A DNA stretch of 38,391 nucleotides from Gemmatimonadota bacterium. GTDB taxonomy: Bacteria; Gemmatimonadota; Gemmatimonadetes; Gemmatimonadales; GWC2-71-9. The notes beneath the pieces were generated by a model that searched no databases, was not told where the DNA came from, and worked only from the letters and a program-made list of their open reading frames with translations. How positions within the stretch are numbered: the first letter of the stretch is position 1; each line of letters opens with the position of its first letter. The stretch is taken from contig JBDTQV010000001.1 in assembly GCA_039932015.1 (NCBI GenBank), positions 1 to 38,391 on the forward strand, read 5' to 3'. Of this stretch, positions 20,137 to 30,600 are shown piece after piece. A program made the translations under genes and the position numbers.

Positions 20137-21399
20137 TCACTCGTAACGCAGCGCTTCGACCGGATCCATCTTCGACGCCTTGCTGGCGGGGTAGAGTCCG
20201 AACAGCACGCCGGTGATCGTCGACGCGATCACGGCTGCCACGACCGACATGAGCGGCACCGCTGCCGGAATCGGTGTCCACGACCGGATCGCCGCGGCAA
20301 TGCCCGCGCCAAGCAGCATGCCGATGATGCAGCCCACGAGCGTCATCGTGGCCGCCTCGATCAGGAACTGGAACATGATCTCCCGCCGGGTCGCGCCGAG
20401 CGCTTTCCGGACGCCGATTTCTCGCGTGCGCTCCGTCACCGAGATCATCATGATCGCGACGACGCCCACGCCGCCGACCATCAGCCCGACGCTCGACAGC
20501 GCGATCATCACCAGAAAAAATCCCTGGGTGACCTTGTTGAAGGTGTCGAGAAACTTGTCCTGTGTCACGATGGCAAAATTGTTCGCTTCACCCGGCTTGA
20601 GTCCGCGTCGCCCCCGGAGCGCCGCGGTGACCTCGTCCTGTGCGTCGGCGACCGTCGCGGCTTCGGTCGGCAACACGACGATCTGCATCCACCCCTTCCA
20701 GTAGTCCGCCACCTTGACGAACGCGGAATGGGGGATGACCGCGACCGGGTTCTTGCCTCCGCCGAAAAGTGAGGCGGCCTCCACGTGCACGCCGATCACG
20801 TCGAAATACTGCCCGAACAGCTTGATGCGCTTCCCCAGCGGATCCAGGCCCGGAAAAAGCCCGTCCGCCATGGCCTGGTTGATCACCACCACGTGGGCGG
20901 CGGACGCATACTCGACCGGGGTGAAGCTCCGGCCCGCGCGCATCTCGCCGCCGCTCACGACCACCCATGCGGCGCCGCTGCCCTCGACCTGCACGCCGCT
21001 CAGCTTCGCGGCGCCATAGCTCGCTGGACCGTTGCTCTGTTCCTGCACCGCGACGTCGCGAATCGACGGCAGCCGCCGGATGATCTCCGCCTCCTCTACC
21101 GACAGCCACGGATTCTTGCGCCACGGCGACAGCTCGTCCGCGTTGTCCGAAATGTTCAGCCCGCCCTGAAAAAACCGGAACACGAAGAACGTCTTCGGGC
21201 CCGCGCTCTCGAGCATGGTCGTGACGCTGTGGTTGATGCCGGTGATCGCGGAACCCATCGCGATCACGACCATCACACCGATCGCGACGCCCAGAATGGT
21301 GAGGAACGCGCGCACCTTGCTCGCCCTGATGGAGTCCAGTGCAATGCCGATGCCCTCGGCCATGCGCGTGAGCGCGCTGCCGCCGCGGCGTGCTCTCAT
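20137..21399 (-). CDS. MacB/FtsX-type ABC transporter permease, type B (second permease, P2)
   Basis: Motifs are AEGIGIALDSIRASKVR, MVGGVGVVAIMMISVTERTREIGVRKALGATR and MDPVEALRYE. ATG 21399 overlaps the P1 stop (ATGA) and is preferred over the ORF maximum at 21510. Confidence 0.85.
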   Translation of the reverse strand: MRARRGGSALTRMAEGIGIALDSIRASKVRAFLTILGVAIGVMVVIAMGSAITGINHSVTTMLESAGPKTFFVFRFFQGGLNISDNADELSPWRKNPWLSVEEAEIIRRLPSIRDVAVQEQSNGPASYGAAKLSGVQVEGSGAAWVVVSGGEMRAGRSFTPVEYASAAHVVVINQAMADGLFPGLDPLGKRIKLFGQYFDVIGVHVEAASLFGGGKNPVAVIPHSAFVKVADYWKGWMQIVVLPTEAATVADAQDEVTAALRGRRGLKPGEANNFAIVTQDKFLDTFNKVTQGFFLVMIALSSVGLMVGGVGVVAIMMISVTERTREIGVRKALGATRREIMFQFLIEAATMTLVGCIIGMLLGAGIAAAIRSWTPIPAAVPLMSVVAAVIASTITGVLFGLYPASKASKMDPVEALRYE

Positions 21400-22637
21400 T
21401 CGGACCTCAGTGCCGTGATGGGGTCGAGCCGCGACGCTCGAGACGCCGGATACACGCCGGCAACCATGCCGACCGTGATGCCGAGCCCGACGGCGAGTCC
21501 AATGGACCATGGCGCGACGGCGGCCGGCATCGGCGTCGTCGCCTTGATGGTGAACGCCAGCAGCAGCCCGGCACCGATGCCCAGCGCCGCGCCCAGGGTC
21601 GACAGCGTCGCCGATTCGACGATGAATTGCGCGAGGATATCCCGCCGCTTGGCACCCAATGCCTTCCGAATGCCAATTTCGCGCGTGCGCTCCGCAACCG
21701 CCATGAGCATGATGTTCATGATGACGATGCCGCCCACGACGAGCGAAATGCCGACCAGCAGCGGAAGCACGGTGAAGAGCACGCCGGCGATCTTGTCGAA
21801 GAACGCCAGGGCCTCATCCGCCGTCTGAATGGTGAAGTTGGCCTCCTGAGCCGGCCTGAGTTGCCGGCGATTCCGCATCGCCGCCTCGACCTCGCCCATC
21901 GCCGCCTTCATGTCCTCGGCGCTGGCGGTGCTCACCATCAGCTCGTCGAGCGTGTTGATCGGGCAGATCATGCGGCGCGCGGGCGCGCTGAACGGCATGA
22001 TCGCGAATTTGTCCTGGGACATCCCGAACGTCGTGCCCTGCGACTCGACCACGCCGACGACGCGATACGGCAGCCCGCCGATGGTCACGCTCCGCCCCAC
22101 CGGTTCCACGCCGTCGAACAGCTTCTCCGCCACAAGGCTTCCGAGCACGATCACCGGCACGCCCGCGCGCACTTCCTGGGCAATGAACGGCCGCCCGCTC
22201 GAGAGCTTGTAATCCTTGAGCCTGAAATAGCTCTCTTCCGTGCCGCGCAACTCTATTTCCTTGGCGATTTTGCCGTTGCGGCTGACGGCTACCCGCGAGT
22301 CGCAGTAGTTCGCGAAGGTCGCGGGGACGGTGACGTGCTGGCGCACGTACGCCGCATCCTGTACCGTGATGCGCGGCCGTCGGTTCCATGCGCGCCACAT
22401 GTCATCGGTCACGTTGCCCATCACCATGTTGGGCCGCGAACGGAGCTGGAAGCTGTTGATGCCGCCGATTTCGCTCGTGACGCTCGTCTTCACGTACACG
22501 TTCATGCCCTGCACGATCGACACGACCGCGATCAGGAACATGACGCCGATGAAGACGCCGATCAGCGAAAAGACGCTCTTGAGCTTCTGCGACACGATCG
22601 TGCGGAGCGCCATCCGCACCGCCTCGAAGAACGGCAT
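21396..22637 (-). CDS. MacB/FtsX-type ABC transporter permease, type A (first permease, P1)
   Basis: Motifs are IVQGMNVYVK, VVGGIVIMNIMLMAVAERTREIGIRKALGA and LDPITALRSE. The start abuts the ATPase stop (TAAATG). Confidence 0.85.
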   Translation of the reverse strand: MPFFEAVRMALRTIVSQKLKSVFSLIGVFIGVMFLIAVVSIVQGMNVYVKTSVTSEIGGINSFQLRSRPNMVMGNVTDDMWRAWNRRPRITVQDAAYVRQHVTVPATFANYCDSRVAVSRNGKIAKEIELRGTEESYFRLKDYKLSSGRPFIAQEVRAGVPVIVLGSLVAEKLFDGVEPVGRSVTIGGLPYRVVGVVESQGTTFGMSQDKFAIMPFSAPARRMICPINTLDELMVSTASAEDMKAAMGEVEAAMRNRRQLRPAQEANFTIQTADEALAFFDKIAGVLFTVLPLLVGISLVVGGIVIMNIMLMAVAERTREIGIRKALGAKRRDILAQFIVESATLSTLGAALGIGAGLLLAFTIKATTPMPAAVAPWSIGLAVGLGITVGMVAGVYPASRASRLDPITALRSE

Positions 22638-23339
22638 TTACGCCGCCGCCTCGCGCGTGAGCCGGTCGCTCTCCACCCGGCCGTCCCGGAGCACGACGAC
22701 GCGCGCCGCGTGAGCGGCGATATCCGGTTCGTGCGTCACCATGATCACCGTCTGCCCCTCGCGGTGCAGCTCGCTGAACACCTGCATGATCTCCTCGCTG
22801 GTCGTGCTGTCGAGGTTGCCGGTCGGCTCGTCGGCCAGCAGAATGCTCGGCCGGTTGACGAGCGCGCGCGCAATTGCAACCCGCTGCCGCTGTCCGCCCG
22901 ACAGCTCGTTGGGCCGGTGATCCATCCGGTGCTCGAGTCCCACCCGCGCAAGCGCTTCGGCGGCCCGCGCCCGGCGCTCCGCCGTCGAAACGCCCGCGTA
23001 GACCAGCGGAAGCTCGACGTTGCTGAGTGCCGATGCGCGGGGCAGGAGGTTAAACGTCTGGAAGACGAAGCCGATCTCCTTGTTGCGCACACGGGCCAAC
23101 GCATCATCCGTGAGCCGCGAGACTTCCTGCCCGTTGAGCCAGTACTCGCCCGACGACGGCGTGTCCAGGCAGCCGACCAGGTTCATCATCGTGCTCTTGC
23201 CCGAGCCGCTCGGTCCCATGATTGCGACGTACTCGTTGCGCCGGATATCGAGCGACACGCCCCGCAGCGCATGGATGGTCTCGCCACCCATGTCGTAGTG
23301 CCGCGTCAGCTCGCGTACGCGAATCACGGCGTCGCTCAT
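22638..23339 (-). CDS. ABC transporter ATP-binding protein (MacB-NBD / LolD-like)
   Basis: Walker A is GPSGSGKST, the signature motif is LSGGQRQR, Walker B is [12 protein letters not shown] and the H-loop is VTHE. The protein is 233 aa with no fused permease. Confidence 0.95.
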   Translation of the reverse strand: MSDAVIRVRELTRHYDMGGETIHALRGVSLDIRRNEYVAIMGPSGSGKSTMMNLVGCLDTPSSGEYWLNGQEVSRLTDDALARVRNKEIGFVFQTFNLLPRASALSNVELPLVYAGVSTAERRARAAEALARVGLEHRMDHRPNELSGGQRQRVAIARALVNRPSILLADEPTGNLDSTTSEEIMQVFSELHREGQTVIMVTHEPDIAAHAARVVVLRDGRVESDRLTREAAA

Positions 23340-24631
23340 GACTTCTTCACGCCCTTCGGCGCGTCCGGCGCGGCCTTCACCTTCGTGCCATCCTTCAGAT
23401 CCCGGATGGCCTGATAGGTGCCAGCGACGATCGTCTCGTCTGGCCGGAGTCCGTCCACCACTTCGAAATACTCGTCGCCCGCGATACCCACCTTGACGGC
23501 GCGGAAGCTCGCGACGCCGTTACGCACCACGAACACCCCTTCCGTCTCCTTCTTCTTTCCGCCCGCCGAATCCCTCTTGGCCGGCGTGGCGCTGGCGGTG
23601 CGGACGCCGGGCGTGCCCTCGTTCGGTACCGGAGTATTGTCGCGCACGGTGAGCGCGATGATCGGCACGCTCAGCACGTTCTTCCGCGTGTCGGTCACGA
23701 TCCGCGCGGTGCAGCTCAGATCGGGCCGGATCTCCGTTGGCGGATTGGCGAGCGTGATTTCGACGTCAAAATCCACCGCCCGGTCGCCGGACTGCCCGCT
23801 TGTCGCCGGCGCCAGCTGTGCGCTGTTGCTGATTTTCGTGACGTGGCCAATGAAGGTCGTATCCGGGAATGCATCAATCGTTACCTCGACCGAGTCCGCA
23901 TTGGCCAGCTTGACGACATCGGTTTCATCGACCTGCACCTTGGCGAGAATTACCGTGAGATCCGCGATGGTCATCAGCAGGCCGGTTTCTCTCGAGAACG
24001 TGCCCGGCACCGCCACTTCGCCTTCCTCCACCGCGAGGCGCACGACGCGTCCGGCCATGGGCGAGACCAGTCGGGTCTTCGAGAGCTGGTCCTGCGCTTC
24101 GCGAAGGCCGGCCCGCGCCTGATCGAGCTGCGCCTGCGCCGAGTGATAGTTGGCCTCGCCTATATCGCGCGCGGTCTGCGCCTGCTCGACCGCCTCCGGT
24201 GAGATCAGCGTGCTCGACGACTTCGCCAGCTCACGCGCACGGTTGAGCGCGCGTTCTGCCTGATCGCGATTCGCCTTGGCTTGCACCGTCGATGCCTGGC
24301 TCGATGCCACGACGCCCTGCGCCCGCGCGACGCTGGCCTGATACTGCGTCGGGTCGATCTGCAGCAGGAACTGTCCCTTGGTGACGAGGTCACCCTCCTT
24401 CACCGCGATCTTCACGATCCGCCCGGTGATGTCGGCACTGATATCGACCTTCGTCTTTGCGTTGATCTTGCCGCTCGCCGTCACGGCGCTCACCAGATCA
24501 CGCTTGGCGACCTTCTCCAGGCGAACTTCAGTCGCGGCGTTCTTTTTCTTCGACTGGTTCGCGAACACGAGGCCACCGATGACGGCGATGACGACGACGA
24601 GAAAGATGCCGAGCTTGGTGCCGCGGGACAT
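23336..24631 (-). CDS. Periplasmic adaptor / membrane fusion protein (HlyD/MacA family)
   Basis: An N-terminal TM anchor is followed by a lipoyl/barrel-sandwich motif ([27 protein letters not shown]), a long coiled-coil hairpin and beta-barrel domains. AGGAG lies before the ATG. It overlaps the ATPase start by 4 nt. Confidence 0.85.
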   Translation of the reverse strand: MSRGTKLGIFLVVVIAVIGGLVFANQSKKKNAATEVRLEKVAKRDLVSAVTASGKINAKTKVDISADITGRIVKIAVKEGDLVTKGQFLLQIDPTQYQASVARAQGVVASSQASTVQAKANRDQAERALNRARELAKSSSTLISPEAVEQAQTARDIGEANYHSAQAQLDQARAGLREAQDQLSKTRLVSPMAGRVVRLAVEEGEVAVPGTFSRETGLLMTIADLTVILAKVQVDETDVVKLANADSVEVTIDAFPDTTFIGHVTKISNSAQLAPATSGQSGDRAVDFDVEITLANPPTEIRPDLSCTARIVTDTRKNVLSVPIIALTVRDNTPVPNEGTPGVRTASATPAKRDSAGGKKKETEGVFVVRNGVASFRAVKVGIAGDEYFEVVDGLRPDETIVAGTYQAIRDLKDGTKVKAAPDAPKGVKKS

Positions 24632-24643
24632 GATCGCTCCTGG

Positions 24644-26152
24644 TCAGCGAAGAGGGCGGCCAACCGCGGCTTCGAGAGCAGCGATGGCAATGTGATATCC
24701 GTAGATTGCGTTCACGTAGTCACCTTCGGCTCGCTGAATCGCGTTCTGCGCGTCAGATAGCTCCAGTGCCGTGCCGCTGCCGAGCCGATAGCGATCCTGC
24801 GCCAGCCGGAGCTGCTCGCGCGCTGCTTCGCGGTTGGCCTGCTGCACCGCAATCGTCTTGTACGCGCTCCCGAGCGCCAGATAGCGGCCCTGGACGTCGG
24901 TGCGGAGCTGCAGCGCGCGCGCACGCACGCTCTCGTCGGCGTCCTGCAGCTGTGCCCGCGCCTGAGCGACGCGGAGCGACCGGCTGAACCCGGTGAAGAT
25001 CGGCAGGCTGAGCGACAGGCGCGCGCTGAACGGCTGACGCGAGAAGTTGAAAGGGAAAACGCTGTTCGATGAGATAATCTGCTGCTGCACCTGTGGATCG
25101 AGCGTGTTCGGATCGGTCAGGCCCGTCGTCGCGAGGCAGTCACGCGGCGCGAGTCCGGCCGAGCTGCGGATCGTATTGTTGTCGAGACAGTTCGCGTACT
25201 GGCCCTGGGCTCCGGTGAGCGCCTGGTTCACCAGGAGCCCCGAGTTGGTGAACTGCTGCGTGAATCCGTTCCAGCCCGCCGACATCGAGAGACTCGGCAG
25301 GAACTCCGAGCGCGCGGCGGACACGTTTGCACCCGCCGCCGCATCCCGCGCGCGGAACGCCAGCAGCTCCGGATTCTGCTCGGCGGCGGCGGCCAGCAGT
25401 TGGTCCAGATTGAATTCCGGCGCGGTCACCGGGAACGAATCCGTCAGCTTGAGCTGGTCGATGGCGATCGGCGCCACGACGCCCATGCGCCGGATCAGCT
25501 CCAGCTTTGCCTCGTTGTCGGTCTGGATGGCTCGAAGCAGCGCCACGTCGGATGTTCCCTTCGTCACTTCGGCCTGGCGCACGTCGAGCAAAGTGGCCTG
25601 GCCCACCTGGTACCGCGCCTGCGCAAGCTTCAGGAAGTCGATGTTGCGCAGCACCTGCTGGCGTGCTACCTCGACCTGCGCCGTCGCCTGAAGCGACTGC
25701 AGATACTGCGTCGTCACCTGCTGCTTGAGATTGGTGCCGGCGGCGTTGATATCCGCGGTCGTTGCGCGCTCGAGCGCCTTGGCCTGACCCGGCGCGCTGA
25801 GCGTCCGGCCGGTGATGTTCCACTGGAGATTGACGCCGTAATTCGAATTGTACGACGGCGAGGTCTGGCTGAACGTCGTGCCGCCGAACGATGACTGCCC
25901 CGATCCGGTATACCCGAGCCCCCCCGAAACGCTGGCGGAGGGGAGCAGGTCACCGTAGGCGCTGCGTACGCCCCAGCGGGCAGGGCCGGCATCGTTCAGC
26001 GTCTGGCGGTAGGTCGGGCTGTTCGTCCGGGCGGTCGCGAGTGCTTCGGCCAGCGTCAGCGTCGCGGTGGGCGCGACGGTGGTGGTGTCCTGAGCCGCGG
26101 CTGCGGCCGGGCCACCGGCCGAAAGCGCGAGCAGCACATACCAACGAGTCAT
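24644..26152 (-). CDS. TolC family outer-membrane efflux protein
   Basis: The signal peptide is MTRWYVLLALSAGGPAAAAAQ. Two tandem OEP repeats with typical heptad-rich helices are present (LTLAEALATAR..., L..A...Y..G..T.LEL..AQ). ATG 26152 has AGGGA upstream and is preferred over 26218. Confidence 0.85.
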   Translation of the reverse strand: MTRWYVLLALSAGGPAAAAAQDTTTVAPTATLTLAEALATARTNSPTYRQTLNDAGPARWGVRSAYGDLLPSASVSGGLGYTGSGQSSFGGTTFSQTSPSYNSNYGVNLQWNITGRTLSAPGQAKALERATTADINAAGTNLKQQVTTQYLQSLQATAQVEVARQQVLRNIDFLKLAQARYQVGQATLLDVRQAEVTKGTSDVALLRAIQTDNEAKLELIRRMGVVAPIAIDQLKLTDSFPVTAPEFNLDQLLAAAAEQNPELLAFRARDAAAGANVSAARSEFLPSLSMSAGWNGFTQQFTNSGLLVNQALTGAQGQYANCLDNNTIRSSAGLAPRDCLATTGLTDPNTLDPQVQQQIISSNSVFPFNFSRQPFSARLSLSLPIFTGFSRSLRVAQARAQLQDADESVRARALQLRTDVQGRYLALGSAYKTIAVQQANREAAREQLRLAQDRYRLGSGTALELSDAQNAIQRAEGDYVNAIYGYHIAIAALEAAVGRPLR

Positions 26153-26287
26153 GACGGGTCCCTGTGATGGGTGAGCGTAACGAAAGCTCGTACGGCCGCA
26201 CCATCGCGAAGGTTTCACCTTGCGACGATGCGGCGCAACATCTTGGACGAGCGGCGCTTGTGAGGGGACCAGCAGGGCGCGGGACCG

Positions 26288-26911
26288 TTACTCCGCGAGG
26301 GTGGCGACGATTCCTTGGCCCGGCAGTTCGACTTTCACGAGCCGTCCGCCGGCATCGAGGCCGAGCGTGCCGGTTACCTCCCCCGACAGTATGATGCGCG
26401 CGCCGGCCCTGGTAGCGACGAGGCTGGCCCGGCGCCCTGATCGGGGAAAGATCGCGGAGAGCCGCGCTCCCGCTGGCGTGGCGAGGTCGGCCACGGCGGC
26501 GTACAGTCCGACGACATTCTCATCGAGCAGGACGACATCCGGGCCGCCGGGCAGCTCCCGACCCGCCTCAGCACCCTTGGCGATCGTCTTCAGAATGACC
26601 CGGGCGCCGGCACCGGCGGCAAAGATATGAGCCGGACCGTCCGGGCGCTCGACATCGAGCTGGAACACGGCGAGCTGATTGTCGGGCGTACGCTCGAGGC
26701 GAACGCCGATTTCGGTCGTCGGGTTGGCTGCCGGATACTTCGCGGAAATCGTGAGCGTTGAGCCCGAGTGTCCGTCGCGTCGCTGCGCCTGAAACGCGAC
26801 CTGCTCGCGCCCCACTTCGGCGCCACCCCGACGCACCACGAGCGTGCTCGTACCCTGTGCAAGGGCGGGAGCCGCATGGAGGACCAGCAGACCGGCCAGG
26901 ATTGTTCGCAT
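26288..26911 (-). CDS. Secreted hypothetical protein (signal peptide, beta-rich, no recognisable domain)
   Basis: The signal peptide is MRTILAGLLVLHAAPALAQG. GC3 is high, like the neighbours. It is packed 17 nt behind the creatininase-family gene. Confidence 0.55.
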   Translation of the reverse strand: MRTILAGLLVLHAAPALAQGTSTLVVRRGGAEVGREQVAFQAQRRDGHSGSTLTISAKYPAANPTTEIGVRLERTPDNQLAVFQLDVERPDGPAHIFAAGAGARVILKTIAKGAEAGRELPGGPDVVLLDENVVGLYAAVADLATPAGARLSAIFPRSGRRASLVATRAGARIILSGEVTGTLGLDAGGRLVKVELPGQGIVATLAE

Positions 26912-26928
26912 CGAACCTCCGTAGAGGG

Positions 26929-27648
26929 TCAGCAGTGCGTGAGGCAGCGTGAAACCCGCTCGAATATCAGGGAATATACCCGCTCGCCTTTCTGAGCGGA
27001 CGCCAGGGAAGGGTACCCTATGGAACCGGGCGAACCCTTGGGCAGTTCCCGGCTGTGGCCTGGCCGGAATCTCGAGCGTCCGGTCGTTGGCAGCGCAAAA
27101 TCCTGCGCGAGCTCCATGTGCACCAGATCAGGGGCGACGTAGAGCATCAGCGAGGTGTCGAGTTCGCCTCCCTGCACGGGGCTTCCCGGGCGCTCGATCA
27201 CCGTGGAGAAGTCCATCGCGAAGATGTCGACTGCCACGACGGATGCCTCATCCGCACGGATCGTGCTCAGCGCCTCCTGATGGGCATCGTTGTTCTGGGC
27301 GGTCAGAATCAGGAAATGCCTGACGCCTGCCCCCTCCTCCCAGGATTCGATAAGTTCATTCATCACGCCATGTAATGTCTTCCGCCGGAGTGCGGCCCAC
27401 CCCGGGAATGATCGTGTCGGGGTATGGACGCCGTATTCGACGGTTGGCGCGCGCATCCAGCCGGAGGCGGCCGAGAGGTCATCGGCGAGGCGCTCTACAA
27501 TGATCGTGTCGCAGCCGAGTGGCAGGTGCGGTCCATGTTGCTCGGTGGTGCCGACCGGCACGATCAGCGCGGGGTGCTCGAGCAACCGGTCGCGTATCGA
27601 GGCCGGGGTCATTTCCTTCAGCCGCCAGGGGCGTCCGTCTTGAGGCAT
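26929..27648 (-). CDS. Creatininase (creatinine amidohydrolase) family protein
   Basis: The family hallmark VPVGTTEQHGPHLPLGCD lies near the N-terminus. The length of about 240 aa is typical. Confidence 0.8.
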   Translation of the reverse strand: MPQDGRPWRLKEMTPASIRDRLLEHPALIVPVGTTEQHGPHLPLGCDTIIVERLADDLSAASGWMRAPTVEYGVHTPTRSFPGWAALRRKTLHGVMNELIESWEEGAGVRHFLILTAQNNDAHQEALSTIRADEASVVAVDIFAMDFSTVIERPGSPVQGGELDTSLMLYVAPDLVHMELAQDFALPTTGRSRFRPGHSRELPKGSPGSIGYPSLASAQKGERVYSLIFERVSRCLTHC

Positions 27649-27666
27649 CGAGATCGCTGGTGGTGG

Positions 27667-30600
27667 GTGGCGGTGGCGGCCGTTGTCGGGACGGCAGCGG
27701 AATGGCTGCGTGCGCCGTCGCCATTTGGCGCGGCACTGGTGATTGTCGCGTGCGCGGCCGTTGCGGCGCTCGTGTGGCCGTTGAAATCATGGCGCCGCGG
27801 CGTGACCATCGCGGTACTCGTGGTGCTCGCCGGCAGTGTTGGCGTCGTGCAGCGGCGGCTGACGCTCATCGAGCGCGACTGGCCCGCGCAACTCGGCCAG
27901 CGCATCGACGCAGCCGCGGCGCGGCTCGGCGGCGATCTTCACGCGGCGTTCCACCTTGCTGAGCGCCTGGCCGCGGCAGGCGCCACTGCCGCATCGAGCG
28001 ATGCCGCGAGCGCATTTCGCTCGCTCGCCGCGGCAGTGCCGTCCACCGGGGTCGAGAGCGGCGTCGTAGTGCTCGATCCGAGCGGCGCCCCGTGGGCCTG
28101 GGCGGGACGGCAGCGCCTGGAGCCGCTCGTCACCGGCGACTCGCTCGCAGCCAGGAGCACGGGATATTACCTCGTGCTGGAGACGCGACGCCACTCCGCC
28201 AATGGACGAGTCGCCGTCGCGAGCGTGCTCATCTGGGCTCATGCCGCCGTGGCCGACCGAAGCCGGAGTCTGGCGGAAGTCTATCGCCGTCGTACTGAAG
28301 TTGGCCTCGAAGTCTACGCCGCCGGTGCGGCGCCCGATAGCGCCGACGTATTCGACTACAGCGAGCCGACCACCGGCGGCGACCGTATCCTCTTCAGTAC
28401 CCGCCCCCTCCCGCCCAGGCAGGCAGAAGCGCGCGAAGCCGCGTTCAGCCGCGGTGCGCGCGTCGTCGCCTGGGCCCTCCTCGCGCTTCTGTTGCTGGCG
28501 TTCGTGATCGGATCCTCGGCTTCCATCCGTCTGGCACTGCTTCCGGTCGGCGTCTGGCTCGCGCTCCGAGCCCCGTTCGGCTCGGCGCTCGGCATACGAA
28601 CGGCATTTTCCGCCGCCACGTACTTTCTCCAGTCGCTCGGCCCGCTGTCTTCGTCCGCCGCCGCGGTCGCGCTCAGTGGCGCCGTCGGTGCGGTGCTCGC
28701 GATCGCGCTTTGGCGACGGCCGGCGCGGTGGAGCGGGGCAGCGAGTGCGGTTGCCTTCCTGCTGATCGGCGCGGTACCGCTCCTGGTTGGAATGCTGGCG
28801 CGCGGGATCACGCCACCGGTTGGCGGCGTTTCGTTCGGGCTCTGGCTCAGCTGGCAGCTCGCGCTCATGCTCCCGGCGGCAACGCTCGCACTCGCAGCGG
28901 TTGCGGTGAGCGGAGCACGCCGGCCATCGAGCTCGTCATGGTGGCCGTCAGCACTCGCCTCGCTTGCTGCGATCGCATGCGCGACCGCCGCCCTCTCCTT
29001 GTGGCAACCCGCACTCGGACTTCCGCGCTGGTACCCGCTGCTCTGGCTTGGGCCATTGCTCCTCACACTGCTGCCGGCGCCGCGCTGGGCGACGCTCGGC
29101 GCGGTCGCGATTGTCACCGGGACACTCGCGGCGGTCCTCACCTGGACGAGCGAGACGAATGGACGCCTCGAGATCGCCTCGCGCGACGTCTCGCGCCTTG
29201 GCGAGGAGCCCGACCCGTTCGCCATACCGCTGCTCGAGGGGTTCGACCTCGACTCGGGCAGCGCGCCGTCGCCCTCGGAGCAGGCCGGCATGTATGCACT
29301 GTGGCGCCGCTCGTCGCTATGGAGCGAGCGGTATCCGGCCCGTCTCGCGCTGTGGAACGCCGCTGGCGCTCCGCTCGCGGAGTTGCCGCTCGACCGGCTG
29401 AGCGTACCCGACTCCGTCGTCGCGACAATGGTTCGCGCGCTGCCCGCGGGAACGGCGAGGTCGGTCGAGCGGGTTCCGGGCGTACCCGGCGTTCACTACC
29501 TCATGGTGGCGCGGCTCGATTCGGCGCGCGTTCTGTCGGTACTGATCGGACCGCGATCATCGCTGGTCGAACCCAGCCGGCTGGGACGGCTGCTGCACCC
29601 GGTGTCGCGCAGCTCGATGCTCTATCGACTGGCACTCGCACCACCGGCGATTGAACCGCCCGCGATCGAAGGCCGATGGCGCTGGAGGCGCGAAGCGTGG
29701 ACTGCCCGCGCCGAGAGAAACCTGCGGTTGCCTGGCGGCGACCGGCAGGTCCGTGCAGTGGTCGATCTGCGGGGCCCGGTGCCGCTGCTGGTGCGTGGCG
29801 CGCTCGTCACGGCGCTCGATATCGCCGTGCTCACACTGTTGTGGATTGTGGCGGAGCTCGCGGCGGCCGGGCTCGCGCGTCGTCCACGACTGCGGCGCCA
29901 GCTGCGCGCGTTTCGCATTCAGCTCGCGGCCGCGCTTGCGGGCTTCTTCATTCTCCCGACGGTGGCATTCGCGGCGTGGACCTACACGCACTTCCGCGAC
30001 GAGGCGTCGAGCGGACGCGATCTCCTCATCGCGCAGTCACTTCGCGATCCGGCGCTCAGCGCGACGGCGCTCCAGACCGGCGGCGGGATGGCCAACGAGA
30101 GCGTACTTCGCATGCTGAGCGAGCGAATCAATGCCGATCTCGCGCTGTATCGAGGCGGCGCGTTCGTGTCGACCAGTGCGCCAATTCTCCGTGACCTTGG
30201 CGTGGTCGGCCCGCTGATGGACCCGGTAGCGTATCGCGCGCTCGCGCTGGGTGGTGAGCTCGAAATCACGCGTGAGGGAACCATTCCAAGCTTGGCCGAG
30301 CGAGTCGGATATCGCGTGGTGCAGCCGGGGCCGCCCGAGGAACTCGGGATTCTGGTGACACCGCAGGTCGCCGAATTCGAGGGACTGAATCAGCCGTTGA
30401 AACAGGTTGACGTCGCCCTGGTGCTCCTGCTCGCGACGCTCGCTGGCATGGGGGCCGCCGTCGGCGGCGCCGGCGTTGCGGCCCGTGCGCTCTCGCGGCC
30501 GGTGGCCGACCTGCGTCGCTCGGCGCTCGCGCTGGGCCAGGGACTCGCCCTGCCCGACGACATCGCGGCACCGCTGCTCGAGTTCGAACCGGTCTTCGGT

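Noticed and set aside
21363-21510. Longer N-terminal extensions of several genes in the ORF track: permease P2 from 21510, TolC from 26218, ppk1 from 12162, dnaX from 2074 and grpE from 8102
   Set aside because: - The extensions overlap the preceding gene or the RNA and are Arg-rich junk.
- Internal starts restore family-typical N-termini.
- Several of those starts give ATGA or TGATG translational-coupling overlaps, or follow good SD sequences.
27424-27666. N-terminal 81-aa extension of the histidine-kinase ORF starting at ATG 27424
   Set aside because: - It lies entirely antisense within the creatininase-family gene (26929-27648).
- It contains no TM or domain features.
- The first hydrophobic helix begins right after the GTG/TTG candidates at 27640-27673.
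29640-29669. Short imperfect 15-bp duplication encoding PPAIE-PPAIE inside the histidine kinase
   Set aside because: There are only two imperfect copies, inside a coding region. It is a minor internal duplication, mentioned under the kinase finding and not a feature in its own right.
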